This document shows, in pieces, positions 18,342 to 27,367 of a DNA stretch of 64,000 nt (positions within the stretch are counted from its first letter, which is position 1; the number at the start of each line of letters is the position of its first letter). The DNA comes from an uncultured virus (IMG/VR IMGVR_UViG_3300029305_012016) (Duplodnaviria > Heunggongvirae > Uroviricota > Caudoviricetes), in the IMG/VR virus record IMGVR_UViG_3300029305_012016. One strand, written 5' to 3'. The translations under genes were made by a program, and so were the position numbers. Under the pieces are notes generated by a model, which was not told the DNA's origin, did no database searches, and saw nothing but the letters and a program-made list of their open reading frames with translations.

Positions 18342-19910
18342 TCATTGATAGAGAGTAGGCAAATGATCAGGTAGGGAGCCTACGACAATCATTTTTTTCT
18401 CTTTTTCGTAGTAAAAATAAATGCGAATAAGAGATTCCGGGTCGTTTCCCCACACTAAATGCAAATCCATAAAGATCGTTTTTCCGTTGTGTTTTACATT
18501 GTAATCCGGCAGACTCGATAAAGTGCTGGAGGATGGGATTACCCGGAAAGAACGGTTGTACTTGTATGAACACACTTCATTGAGAGCATCCCACTCGGAT
18601 TCTCCGCGCATGCAGTCCAAGTAATCCTCTGCGAGGTACTCAATGGCATCGCACAAGACGTCAAGATTGATATTGCGACCCTTTGATTTTAATAACAGTT
18701 TTGCTGCGCCATCCGTAAGGAATAGTCTGTCTGCAAACTGTTCAGATACCCAGTCGGCGATCTTGTCGAGTTTTATCGGGCGTGACAGCTTGTTTTGTAG
18801 ATGCTGTATAATTTTTTTCTGCTTTCCGATAGTTGTTGCCTGTTGTTTATTCTCTTTTTCGAGGGCATCTATCCGAACCTGTTTCTTTGCGACCAGGTCC
18901 TTTTCGTCAGTGGCAGTCTTCTTTGTCGGAATCTCCGATGGGGCCGGACTGCTACCCTTTTGGAGAAGTGTTTGCTGAAGCTGAGCGATACATGCTGTTT
19001 GTCTCTTGCTTTTTTCATTAGCGGCGTGAAGCTCTATCTTCTTTGTGTCCAGTTCTTTCTCCATCGATACAACCTGTTTTCTGTACGACTTAACCATATC
19101 TGATTCGGAAAGTGCAGTCGTCTTTCTTGAAAATAGCTGCAATGCATAAGGTAGCGGAAGTCGAGCTGAGTTAAAAAATTCTGTACTGCTTTTTAGCGCT
19201 CTGTACACAAATGTCATGGCATCAATATCCTGCGGGTCCAACTTATTAAGTTCTTCAGCGTTGTATATTGCATCTTGAAGCATTTTTAGCATCCCTTCCG
19301 CATCCGGCACTTTTCTTTTATGCCAATCGCATAGAAGCTCATATATAGAGGTTCCGTCCATGGAAGTGGTGTTCTTGCAAACATCTTTGATAAAACCAGC
19401 TAATGCCGATGCACCATGTAAAAAATTCACGGAGTAATCGCAGAAGCAGTTCGGAGACGTATAAATCCATATTTCTTCAATCATATTCACTGGACTCTCC
19501 ACATCCTGCGTTAAGGTCTCAATTCGTATGGTGTGCAACACCCTTCCAAAATTTTTGCCACCAAGTATAACTATAGTGGTAATTGCTGAAAACTCCCAAA
19601 AAGATGAATCTCCGTTGCGACCAACAATCGTCATACGATCTGATGATGCATCTACGACAATTTGCGGCTCAAATAAATATTTTGCGTGACAAAGATAGTC
19701 TTGGTCAGATATTTGCCTATTAGAGAAATGCCCTCTGGCTATCTTAAATGCCTCTTTTGCATTATTGCAGGAAGACAAAGTCGTAAACAGTAGATGCCAG
19801 TCGCCATTAAACCAACGAAGGAAATCCGGGGAGGTGGTCATTGGAATGCAAGTTTCTTGCTGATGTGACCGCGGATTTCCATTACGCTTTTTTTTCGTTT
19901 TCTTTTTCAT
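18342..19910 (-). CDS. Hypothetical protein: unknown N-domain + coiled coil + putative RelE-like C-terminal domain
   Basis: start moved to MKKKTK behind AGAGG; heptad-rich middle; C-terminal HL.WG.D...IRIYF......VVG.LP.HL. Confidence 0.7.
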   Translation of the reverse strand: MKKKTKKKRNGNPRSHQQETCIPMTTSPDFLRWFNGDWHLLFTTLSSCNNAKEAFKIARGHFSNRQISDQDYLCHAKYLFEPQIVVDASSDRMTIVGRNGDSSFWEFSAITTIVILGGKNFGRVLHTIRIETLTQDVESPVNMIEEIWIYTSPNCFCDYSVNFLHGASALAGFIKDVCKNTTSMDGTSIYELLCDWHKRKVPDAEGMLKMLQDAIYNAEELNKLDPQDIDAMTFVYRALKSSTEFFNSARLPLPYALQLFSRKTTALSESDMVKSYRKQVVSMEKELDTKKIELHAANEKSKRQTACIAQLQQTLLQKGSSPAPSEIPTKKTATDEKDLVAKKQVRIDALEKENKQQATTIGKQKKIIQHLQNKLSRPIKLDKIADWVSEQFADRLFLTDGAAKLLLKSKGRNINLDVLCDAIEYLAEDYLDCMRGESEWDALNEVCSYKYNRSFRVIPSSSTLSSLPDYNVKHNGKTIFMDLHLVWGNDPESLIRIYFYYEKEKKMIVVGSLPDHLPTLYQ

Positions 19911-19981
19911 GTTAAAACCTCTTTGTAAGTGATGGGCAGGCATGATAAGTAATTGTGTGCCCGCCCATCGGTATGTTAGTC

Positions 19982-20182
19982 CTATTCGGTGCAGGGATCG
20001 GGATTGTAATGCATAACGTCGTCGCCATCTCTGAATACATGATCTCTTACTAAGCGGTAAAGCTCTTCGGATGTATCCAGGACTTTGAGGGCCGTTTGCA
20101 AATCATCTCCCGCGAGAGGAAGCTCAGGGCTTTGAATTAAAGCCTGACGAACTTTCTTGATATCGTTCTCATACTCTTGCAT
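19982..20182 (-). CDS. Small hypothetical protein
   Basis: 66 aa, AAAGGAG RBS, preceded by promoter motif. Confidence 0.65.
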   Translation of the reverse strand: MQEYENDIKKVRQALIQSPELPLAGDDLQTALKVLDTSEELYRLVRDHVFRDGDDVMHYNPDPCTE

Positions 20183-20213
20183 CGTTTATCTCCTTTCTTT
20201 AGTTCTCATATAT

Positions 20214-20227
20214 ATTATGTAAGAATT
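20214..20227 (-). promoter_or_regulatory. Element-specific promoter motif copy (variant)
   Basis: minus AATTCTTACATAAT. Confidence 0.55.
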
Positions 20228-20264
20228 TGACGAAAAACTAAAACGGAAATATGCTTATATGAAT

Positions 20265-20280
20265 CTGTATATATCTTTTT
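20265..20280 (-). promoter_or_regulatory. 16-bp box copy 2
   Basis: CTGTATATATCTTTTT, exact reverse complement. Confidence 0.6.
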
Positions 20281-20361
20281 GCAATTTTTTTTGAAAAAAT
20301 ATATAAAAATATGGAGCCGCCCCAAATTTTTATGAGGCGGCCCCACTGTTAGAGCTTAGAG

Positions 20362-23300
20362 TTAATCTTTCTTGCCTCTCGTAGTAACGATTACAGCTAC
20401 AGCGAATGCGATTGCGACAGTGGATGCACCGATAACGATCAGCCACTTGTTGCGGTTTCCGGTATCGCCGGTAACGGGATAGTCAACCATGGTAATGGTT
20501 TGAGTCTCTGCAGTATCCTTAACGGTAAACTCGATATCAGCAGCAAGCTCATAACCCTTGGGAGCAGTTACTTCGTGCATGATGTACGTCTCGCCGACAG
20601 TCAATCCTTCAACCTCAAAGGGCTTGTCGGAGGATGTCCACTCATACAGGACCTTGCCTTCCTTATCGATGATCTGGAATACGCCATTGCTCAGAGGCTT
20701 GTCGTCTTCCCCGACCTTAATGAACTCGAACTTTGTCAGCTCGTCGATCATCTCAACCTTCTGGACTTCGCCGGTATCCTTGACTGTGAATTCAACAGAA
20801 GATGCGGTTGCATAACCAAGAGGCGCGAGGTCTTCGTGCAGAATGTAGGTCTTGCCAACTTCAAGGCCGGTAACGATGTGGGGCTCTTCGGTAGAAGTCC
20901 AAGAGTCGATTTCGTTGCCATCCTTATCGGTTAGTTTCAGACTTGCACCGGGAAGCTCTTCGCCGGCCATATCCTTCTTACTGATCTCAACGGTGATGAT
21001 TTCATCAATCATCTTAACCTTCTGAACTTCTTCGGTATCCTTAACGATGAATTCAACGGAAGAAGCCTTTGCATAACCAAGAGGCGCGAGATCTTCGTGC
21101 AGAATGTAGGTCTTGCCGACTTCAAGGCCGGTAACGATGTGAGGCTCTTCGGCAGAAGTCCAAGAGTCGATTTCGTTGCCTTCGGCATCGGTAAGTCTCA
21201 TGCTTGCCCCGGGAAGTTCACTGCCGGAAATATCCTGCTTGCTGATTTCGACGGTAATGGGTTCGTCGATCATCTCGATAAGCTGAATAGCAGTAGTGTC
21301 TGCAACGGTAAACTTGACATCGGGTGCAGTAGCGTAGCCCTTGGGAGGCTGAACCTCATGAAGAGTGTATTCGTTGCCAACGGTCAACTGGGTTACAACG
21401 TGGGGCTGTTCGGAGGATGTCCACTCGTCAATTACGGTGCCATCGGCATCGATTACTTGGAGGATAGCACCTTCAAGGATTTCACCTTCATCGGTCTTCT
21501 TAGTGATACGGACACCAGTAGGAAGGTTTGCCAGTTCAATCTTCTGGACATCGGTAGTATTTAGAACGGTGAATTCCTTGTCGTCTGCAAGGACATAACC
21601 GGGGCGAGTTGCTGTCTCATGGAGAGTGTAAGTTGCACCAACGGTCAGCTTGTCGCAACGATGGGGCTCGCCATTGGTGGTCCATTCATCGATCACTTCA
21701 CCCTCGGAATCGAGGATCTGGAGAGTTGCACCGGTAAAGGGTTTGCCGTTCTCGTCAACCTTATCGATCTGGATCTTTGTGCAATCGTTGATCATTTTGA
21801 CGTTCTGGACATCTTTGGTGTCCTTTACGGTGAAAGGTACGTCCTCCGCGACAACATAGCCGTCAATAGTAGCGGTCTCGTGCAGGATGTATTCGTTACC
21901 AACTGCCAACTTGCCGGTAATGTCGTAAGGCTCGGTGGAACTGATCCATTCGGCATAGACATTGCCTTCGGCATCGATTACCTGGAGAGTTGCACCGGCA
22001 AAGGGCTTGCCGTTCTCGTCCACCTTGTTGATGCGAACGATGGTGGGGAGATTCTTCATAACCACCGTCTGAACTTCGGGGGTTTCTTTTACAGTGATGG
22101 TGACATCTTCCGCAAGAATATATCCAGGCTTAGTGAAGACTTCGTGTACAGTATAGGTCTTACCTACTTCGCACTCTGCAACAAAGTTACGAGGTTCTCC
22201 GTCGGTGGTCCACTCGTCGAGAACATTACCGTTCTCGTCAAGAAGCTGGAGTCCGGCTCCGTAGAAGGGTTCGCCCTTCTCGTCTACCTTCATTACTTGG
22301 ATTCGAGTGGGAAGATCAAGCATCTCAACATACTGAGTTTCTCTCGTCTTTTCGAGAGTGAAAGGAACATCGTCTGCAAGGAGATATCCCTTGGGCGCAT
22401 ATGTTTCATGGAGAGTGTACGGCACACCATAATCAAGACCCTCGATGATGTAAGGATCACTGGTGGTTTCCCATTCGGCTACGATCTTATTATCTGCATC
22501 AATGATCTGAAGCCCTGCGCCGGGAATAAGATTGCCGTTATCGGCCTTCTTGGTAACTTCTACCTTGGTAATGGTGGGAGCCTTAATGCGGAAATATACA
22601 GGGATGGGGTCACGAGATGCAGTGGCGGAAACGAGCTTCTGATCAGTGGTGCCGGCAGCTTCCCATACGGTGATAGTGGAGTCGCAGTCGGTGTACACTG
22701 CCTTGCCGACGGCACTGAAGGTTACGGTTTCGGGGAGAGTAATGTATACATCGGGATCACATTCAATTTTCAGAGTAGTGTTGCTTGTCCGAGTAATTGT
22801 CAGACCCGTGATATCGGACTTGAAGTTGTAATCGGGAAGTGTCTGGAGATTGGGATCGGTGGTATTATCCTTCAGCTCAATCTCGTATTTGCCGGTGGCC
22901 TTGTTGAGAGCAAGTTCGTAGGAGTAGTTATCCAAATTAGAGCTGCTATTGTTACGAGTTGCGAAGGTAGGATATTTTCCGTGACGCAACAATGCATCAT
23001 GCATGGAATTGTATACTGCATAAAGCCCGTCCCATTCGGAAGAAGAGAATGCACTGCAATACATGTTGCTGCAAGAGAAATCGTAAGGACTTCTCGCACC
23101 CAAGATGATTTCCCAAATCATCAACTGAGTGGCAGCGTACTTCTCTTCCTCCATAGCAGGAATATCGCTGAACTGCACTGTGGGGTAGCCGTATGCGGTA
23201 ATCAGAGCGATAGCGTTTTTCTTATCGTAAGAAAGATCTCGCCATGCAGCAAGTTCATCATTAGTTGTGAATCCTGCATAAACGCCAGCATTGGTAATCG

Positions 23301-23970
23301 GCACACCAGGCTCGATACAATAAGCAACTTTCGTCACGCCGTCCTTGGAGAGATAAGTAACAGTAACAGCATCAACTGCTCTGCCATTAGTACCGGTTGC
23401 AAAAGCTCTCGTAGCATTGACGGTGAAGGGACGGTCGATTTCCCAAGGTTTTTCGATAATATCTCGCTTAGGGATATCTTCTGTGGCAGGCTCGACTTCT
23501 TCTGCCTCGGTGACAGCTTCGGCCTCTGAAGTTGTTTCCTCTTCCTCATTAGGAACTTCTGTTTCCTCAACCTCAGTCTCTTCTTCTACAACTGTTTCCG
23601 TGGAGAGTGTCTCCTCAAAGACTTCCTCGGTGGGAACCTCTGTCTCGACTTCACTTTCAGTAGCTTCCTCAACTTCAGTTTCCTCGGTCGCTTCCACGGC
23701 AACAGTCTCTTCTGTAGGCTCTGTAGCCTCTGTAAGTTCTGTGACCGGCTCAGACTCAGGTTCGATCAAGTCATTTGACTCCGAGACTGCCTCGGTGAGT
23801 TCGGCGAGTTCGGTGGGTTCTGCTTCTGCCTGTTCTGCGACAGATTCGGTGGGGGAAGGTTCGACAACGACATTGTCGTCGCTTCCGACGGCGAGCACCG
23901 ATGTCCCAATGTTTGCAATCAATGCGAGCAAAAGTAAAATCGGTACTACATGTTTCTTGATGAATGTCAT
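20362..23970 (-). CDS. Sortase-anchored adhesin with thioester domain and about 8 SpaA/CnaB-type repeats
   Basis: signal peptide from MTFIKK; E/T-rich stalk; AYCIEPG and ATQLMIW; repeated LHE..AP.GY; sorting signal YPVTG + TM + basic tail. Confidence 0.9.
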   Translation of the reverse strand: MTFIKKHVVPILLLLALIANIGTSVLAVGSDDNVVVEPSPTESVAEQAEAEPTELAELTEAVSESNDLIEPESEPVTELTEATEPTEETVAVEATEETEVEEATESEVETEVPTEEVFEETLSTETVVEEETEVEETEVPNEEEETTSEAEAVTEAEEVEPATEDIPKRDIIEKPWEIDRPFTVNATRAFATGTNGRAVDAVTVTYLSKDGVTKVAYCIEPGVPITNAGVYAGFTTNDELAAWRDLSYDKKNAIALITAYGYPTVQFSDIPAMEEEKYAATQLMIWEIILGARSPYDFSCSNMYCSAFSSSEWDGLYAVYNSMHDALLRHGKYPTFATRNNSSSNLDNYSYELALNKATGKYEIELKDNTTDPNLQTLPDYNFKSDITGLTITRTSNTTLKIECDPDVYITLPETVTFSAVGKAVYTDCDSTITVWEAAGTTDQKLVSATASRDPIPVYFRIKAPTITKVEVTKKADNGNLIPGAGLQIIDADNKIVAEWETTSDPYIIEGLDYGVPYTLHETYAPKGYLLADDVPFTLEKTRETQYVEMLDLPTRIQVMKVDEKGEPFYGAGLQLLDENGNVLDEWTTDGEPRNFVAECEVGKTYTVHEVFTKPGYILAEDVTITVKETPEVQTVVMKNLPTIVRINKVDENGKPFAGATLQVIDAEGNVYAEWISSTEPYDITGKLAVGNEYILHETATIDGYVVAEDVPFTVKDTKDVQNVKMINDCTKIQIDKVDENGKPFTGATLQILDSEGEVIDEWTTNGEPHRCDKLTVGATYTLHETATRPGYVLADDKEFTVLNTTDVQKIELANLPTGVRITKKTDEGEILEGAILQVIDADGTVIDEWTSSEQPHVVTQLTVGNEYTLHEVQPPKGYATAPDVKFTVADTTAIQLIEMIDEPITVEISKQDISGSELPGASMRLTDAEGNEIDSWTSAEEPHIVTGLEVGKTYILHEDLAPLGYAKASSVEFIVKDTEEVQKVKMIDEIITVEISKKDMAGEELPGASLKLTDKDGNEIDSWTSTEEPHIVTGLEVGKTYILHEDLAPLGYATASSVEFTVKDTGEVQKVEMIDELTKFEFIKVGEDDKPLSNGVFQIIDKEGKVLYEWTSSDKPFEVEGLTVGETYIMHEVTAPKGYELAADIEFTVKDTAETQTITMVDYPVTGDTGNRNKWLIVIGASTVAIAFAVAVIVTTRGKKD

Positions 23971-24016
23971 AATGAAATCCTCCTTAAAAAATTCGTTGGG
24001 GTCTTGACATGAATAT

Positions 24017-24030
24017 ATTATATAAGAAAA
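24017..24030 (-). promoter_or_regulatory. Element-specific promoter motif copy (adhesin)
   Basis: minus TTTTCTTATATAAT. Confidence 0.75.
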
Positions 24031-24177
24031 CGAAAAAAAAATATGAGTTCCGCGAAAGGCAGGCTTTGTGAAACACATTTTTGATTCAAAAATTTTTATA
24101 TTTTGAAAAAAAGAAAAAGTCTCGCCCAAAAAGACAAGACTTTAGTGTGAATATGTAATTGAACTCAAGGGTTTCGA

Positions 24178-24657
24178 TTAGACGCCGAGCTCAGCTCGCA
24201 TCAGATTATAGATTCTGTCAACATCGGGAAAAATTAAAGGGAACCCTCGTTTATGGAGAGAAAGGACTTGCATGGCGTTTGAAATAACGGATTGAGCGAG
24301 AGAAGAATGAATATTAACACTCGTTCCGGCAATGGTATGCTCGTGATCAATATATTTTTCGATAATAGGGAACATGTTCTGGATTAAAAAAGCGTTATCT
24401 CGCCCACCAAAATTGCCGATTACAATTGTATTGCACTTCCCATGCTTAGCAATCTTTTGTTGCATGATAGCTCTATATTTTGCAATCCTTGAACTTTGGG
24501 GGACGGCCCAAAACAAACCCGGTACTTGCGGGTCTGCGAAAAAGAAAAAATGAGGACGATAGTTTTCGCCTTCTTTATTAGCCATCAACTTTGGATCTCG
24601 TGCTAAGGCAAAGAATTCGTCCTTAATATGATACGATTTTCCAACATTAACTGCCAT
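24178..24657 (-). CDS. cptN: Type III toxin-antitoxin endoribonuclease toxin, CptN family
   Basis: Y.IKD.FF...DP.L..NK...RPH, W.VP.SSRI.KY, AFLIQNMFPI..KYI; preceded by repeats and terminator. Confidence 0.9.
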   Translation of the reverse strand: MAVNVGKSYHIKDEFFALARDPKLMANKEGENYRPHFFFFADPQVPGLFWAVPQSSRIAKYRAIMQQKIAKHGKCNTIVIGNFGGRDNAFLIQNMFPIIEKYIDHEHTIAGTSVNIHSSLAQSVISNAMQVLSLHKRGFPLIFPDVDRIYNLMRAELGV

Positions 24658-24676
24658 AATTCGACGCACTCCTTAT

Positions 24677-24707
24677 GAAAAGGCCCCTGCCCAAAACGGA
24701 CAGGGGC
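24677..24707 (-). terminator. Terminator between cptI repeats and cptN
   Basis: GCCCCTGTCC-GTTTT-GGGCAGGGGC-CTTTT on minus strand. Confidence 0.85.
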
Positions 24708-24812
24708 AACATTTACGAACCAAATAACTTATATCCCGCACCATCGGCAAGCGGCAACATTTACGAACCGAATAATTTATACCCCGCACCATCAGCAAGC
24801 GGCAACATTTAC
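24705..24812 (-). ncRNA. cptI: CptI-type antitoxin RNA, about 2.25 tandem 48-nt repeats
   Basis: GGCAACATTTAC at 24705, 24753, 24801 (48-nt period) between promoter and terminator. Confidence 0.88.
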
Positions 24813-24843
24813 ATACGATATTTGTTGGGGTTTCCCCATACAT

Positions 24844-24872
24844 AGTATACCATGGAACATAGCAAAATGCAA
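24844..24872 (-). promoter_or_regulatory. Canonical sigmaA promoter of cptIN
   Basis: TTGCAT-17 bp-TATACT. Confidence 0.75.
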
Positions 24873-25049
24873 GTCCCGGTAGAAAAAATATGGTCGTAAT
24901 ATTTACCTCGATGTCCATATATCAGTTGAATGGGGGTTTGCGGCGTTATTGCAAAGGTGCAATAGCCGCAATCTGTCGCAAACATTAAACAACTTTCGCA
25001 GCAAGTCAAGGAGGGAAGCTCAACGACCGGCACACAGGACGGGTGTTTA

Positions 25050-25250
25050 CTAACTGCGCACTTTGATGAATTGATCTATGTCTTCCACAATGTAGTTAGG
25101 CCCCGTTGTATGCAGTGCTTCAAAACAGGAATAGATATATTCCCAAACTTGGTATCGGCTAAATAGATCAGACACCTCTTTACCCGTTAACTTCTTGGCG
25201 GACTTATACAGTTCCACGCAATAAATTAAAAAATTTCCTTGATTACTCAT
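25050..25250 (-). CDS. DUF3791-like small protein
   Basis: FLIYCVE.YK....G.EV..LF..Y.V..YI...F.ALHT.G..YIV.DI. Confidence 0.75.
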   Translation of the reverse strand: MSNQGNFLIYCVELYKSAKKLTGKEVSDLFSRYQVWEYIYSCFEALHTTGPNYIVEDIDQFIKVRS

Positions 25251-25252
25251 GT

Positions 25253-25489
25253 TTACCCCTCCGGAATGGAAAAATCTCCTGTCCTTTGTTCTTCCTCGTA
25301 CATACAGAAAAGCGTTAGGGGGCTCAAGTGCCACAGCTTTGTTTCTTCCTGCTCTAACAGAGAATATACCTTAGACTCATAAAAAGCTTTCGTGGCAGTC
25401 ATTTCATCTAATCCATACTTTTGGATGATCAGGCGGACCACCATGGGGACAAGCAGAATAAGCAGTGCTTCAAATTTTTCCTGACTCAT
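25253..25489 (-). CDS. Small helical protein of the DUF3990 triad
   Basis: FYES.VY..LE.EETKLWHLSP..L; coupled to neighbours. Confidence 0.7.
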   Translation of the reverse strand: MSQEKFEALLILLVPMVVRLIIQKYGLDEMTATKAFYESKVYSLLEQEETKLWHLSPLTLFCMYEEEQRTGDFSIPEG

Positions 25490-25980
25490 TAGAGATCCTC
25501 CGGTGGGACAATTCCCAAAAAAGATAAGTAGGAGAGGGCTTTTTCTGAGGTGAGGACCAATTGATTGTACAGCTTTTTGACCTTCAGCGCCTCGATAGTT
25601 TGCTCCTTGGACAGAACCCCGGCGGTATATAGCGTAAAGGTTGTATATACATCATCATTGGCAACTGGGCCATAGATAAAATCATAGATTTTACCGGTAT
25701 ACTTACCGGCTCTGTTCTCAGATACGAAATCTAACCACGCTTCGTCAGGTCTGTCAAATTGCAGAACGGAGCAATCCGAAAAAGCTTTTGCTTCATCAAG
25801 GTGATATACACTCACTGTAGGGACGCCATCCTTACGTCTTTTGGTCACTTTTTCTGCAAAACTAATCGCTTGTGTCTCATTCGTCGTTGTATAAAAGCCA
25901 TATCCAAAATCAAGAAAACGGTTTTGTGTAACCAATTTGGGCTCCGAAACCGTCAAATTGCTTCCGTGATACAAAAACAT
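25489..25980 (-). CDS. DUF3990-like protein (putative ADP-ribosyltransferase fold)
   Basis: LYHGS, DFG.GFYTT...QA, WLDFV..NR, GPVANDD. Confidence 0.8.
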   Translation of the reverse strand: MFLYHGSNLTVSEPKLVTQNRFLDFGYGFYTTTNETQAISFAEKVTKRRKDGVPTVSVYHLDEAKAFSDCSVLQFDRPDEAWLDFVSENRAGKYTGKIYDFIYGPVANDDVYTTFTLYTAGVLSKEQTIEALKVKKLYNQLVLTSEKALSYLSFLGIVPPEDL

Positions 25981-25995
25981 GTTGTTTCCTCCGGA

Positions 25996-27081
25996 TTAGC
26001 CGTAATATACACAGAAGGTGTAGGTGTCGGAGGATTCGTCGTAGGTAACGGCAAGGAACATCCGGCAACCATCACTCTCTCCTTCAGTATTATCGGTGGC
26101 TTTCAACCAGTTAATCGTGGCCTGAACAGCTTCAACCGCTTCCGAATTCATCCACGCTTGAGTCGTGTCGATAAGAAGAAGATCTCTTCCTGAATAAACC
26201 GCAGCAGGAAGATATCCACACACACCATAAGGTAGACTGGGATCCACGACGTAACCGAGGCTTGCAATGTAATCATTGCCGATCTGCTGTGCCAGAGCGT
26301 AGTCATAAACGAACTTGAGCTTCTCAACGAAGTTATCCTTGTAGGAATCGCCGCAGTTTACACAGGTATGCTCGGTATAGCCTTCAGCTTCGGTAGTGGG
26401 AGCTACAGTCTTGCAGGAATAGTTGTGATCATGGGGCTGAACGTAGTTGTCGGTGTAGCTGTTGCCGCACTGACAGGTGTATACTGTATAGCCCTGTTCA
26501 ACACAACTGGGGGCAATGGTAGCAGCGGTGTAGCTATGGGGTTTCTTCTCGGTGTAGTTATCGTTGTAGCTCTTTCCGCAAGAACAAGTGAACTTGGTAT
26601 AACCCTTTTGCACACAAGTTGGGGCTACGATAGTAGAGTTGTAACTGTGAGTATGACACTGGGTAGGTGTTACTGTTTCGGTAGGGTCAGGATCATCTTC
26701 AGTGGGGAAAGGCTCAATCTCGGTGGGATCGGGATTCTCAGTAGGCTTGGGCTTATCCTCACCGGGATTAGGGGGATCAAGAAGAGATCCATTTGATTCC
26801 TGCTTCTGTTCTGCGGCAGTTTCTTCGGGTTCAGTGATCTCGACACTCTCAGAAGGAACTGTATTAAGTTCAATTGTCTCAGTGGTGACTTCGGGGCCTT
26901 CAGTTCCGGGGACTGCAAGCTCAGTGGGGGCTTCGGTAGACACCTGGGCTTCAGTGGGCTCACTGTTTTCGGTCATATAGGCGGTTGCTGTTCCGGGTCC
27001 AAAAATGAAATAAATAAATGCGCCGGCAACAATGGCGGTGGGGATCAAAGCCCACAGTAAAGTCTTAAAAACCTTTTTCAT
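25996..27081 (-). CDS. Membrane-anchored protein with P/T/E linker and three Cys/His repeats
   Basis: TM helix; H.Y....VAPTC...GYT...C.CG.SY.DNY x3. Confidence 0.75.
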   Translation of the reverse strand: MKKVFKTLLWALIPTAIVAGAFIYFIFGPGTATAYMTENSEPTEAQVSTEAPTELAVPGTEGPEVTTETIELNTVPSESVEITEPEETAAEQKQESNGSLLDPPNPGEDKPKPTENPDPTEIEPFPTEDDPDPTETVTPTQCHTHSYNSTIVAPTCVQKGYTKFTCSCGKSYNDNYTEKKPHSYTAATIAPSCVEQGYTVYTCQCGNSYTDNYVQPHDHNYSCKTVAPTTEAEGYTEHTCVNCGDSYKDNFVEKLKFVYDYALAQQIGNDYIASLGYVVDPSLPYGVCGYLPAAVYSGRDLLLIDTTQAWMNSEAVEAVQATINWLKATDNTEGESDGCRMFLAVTYDESSDTYTFCVYYG

Positions 27082-27137
27082 ATCAGATTCCTCGCTTTCA
27101 TTCAAAATTCATATACAGGTTTTTGTCTTACACTTGT

Positions 27138-27151
27138 ATTATACAAGAAAA
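27138..27151 (-). promoter_or_regulatory. Element-specific promoter motif copy
   Basis: minus TTTTCTTGTATAAT. Confidence 0.75.
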
Positions 27152-27198
27152 CGAAAATAAAATATTAGGAGTTTTGGGGAAATCTCTAAAAAATCTAT

Positions 27199-27337
27199 CT
27201 GTATATATCTTTTTTCCATTTTAGCATAAAAAAATTAAAAACGCAAGATGAAAATAGCCCAAAAGTTCATATTTATATATAAAATGGCGGTAAAAACGAA
27301 GGCATCGTCTTCACCGCCAACAAAAAGATATATACAG
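27199..27337. promoter_or_regulatory. Inverted pair of 16-bp boxes (27199-27214 reverse, 27322-27337 forward)
   Basis: two exact copies of AAAAAGATATATACAG in opposite orientation around an AT-rich spacer. Confidence 0.6.
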
Positions 27338-27367
27338 AAAATCTTGCAACGAAGATATACCCTGCGA

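Noticed and set aside
20265..20280. CTGTATATAT as an SOS (LexA) box
   Set aside because: Only half of the proteobacterial CTGT-N8-ACAG palindrome is present, and Bacillota LexA uses GAAC-N4-GTTC.
21619..23529. 636-aa plus-strand ORF
   Set aside because: Antisense shadow of the adhesin gene with no recognisable motifs.
23971..24129. N-terminal extension of the adhesin ORF to 24129
   Set aside because: It runs through the promoter motif; the RBS and signal peptide support a start at 23970.
24705..24812. 48-nt repeats as a mini-CRISPR
   Set aside because: Units are tandem with no unique spacers and lie between a promoter and terminator upstream of a CptN toxin.
24809..25033. Cys-rich 74-aa ORF upstream of cptI
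   Set aside because: No RBS, and it overlaps the cptIN promoter; at most a gene remnant.
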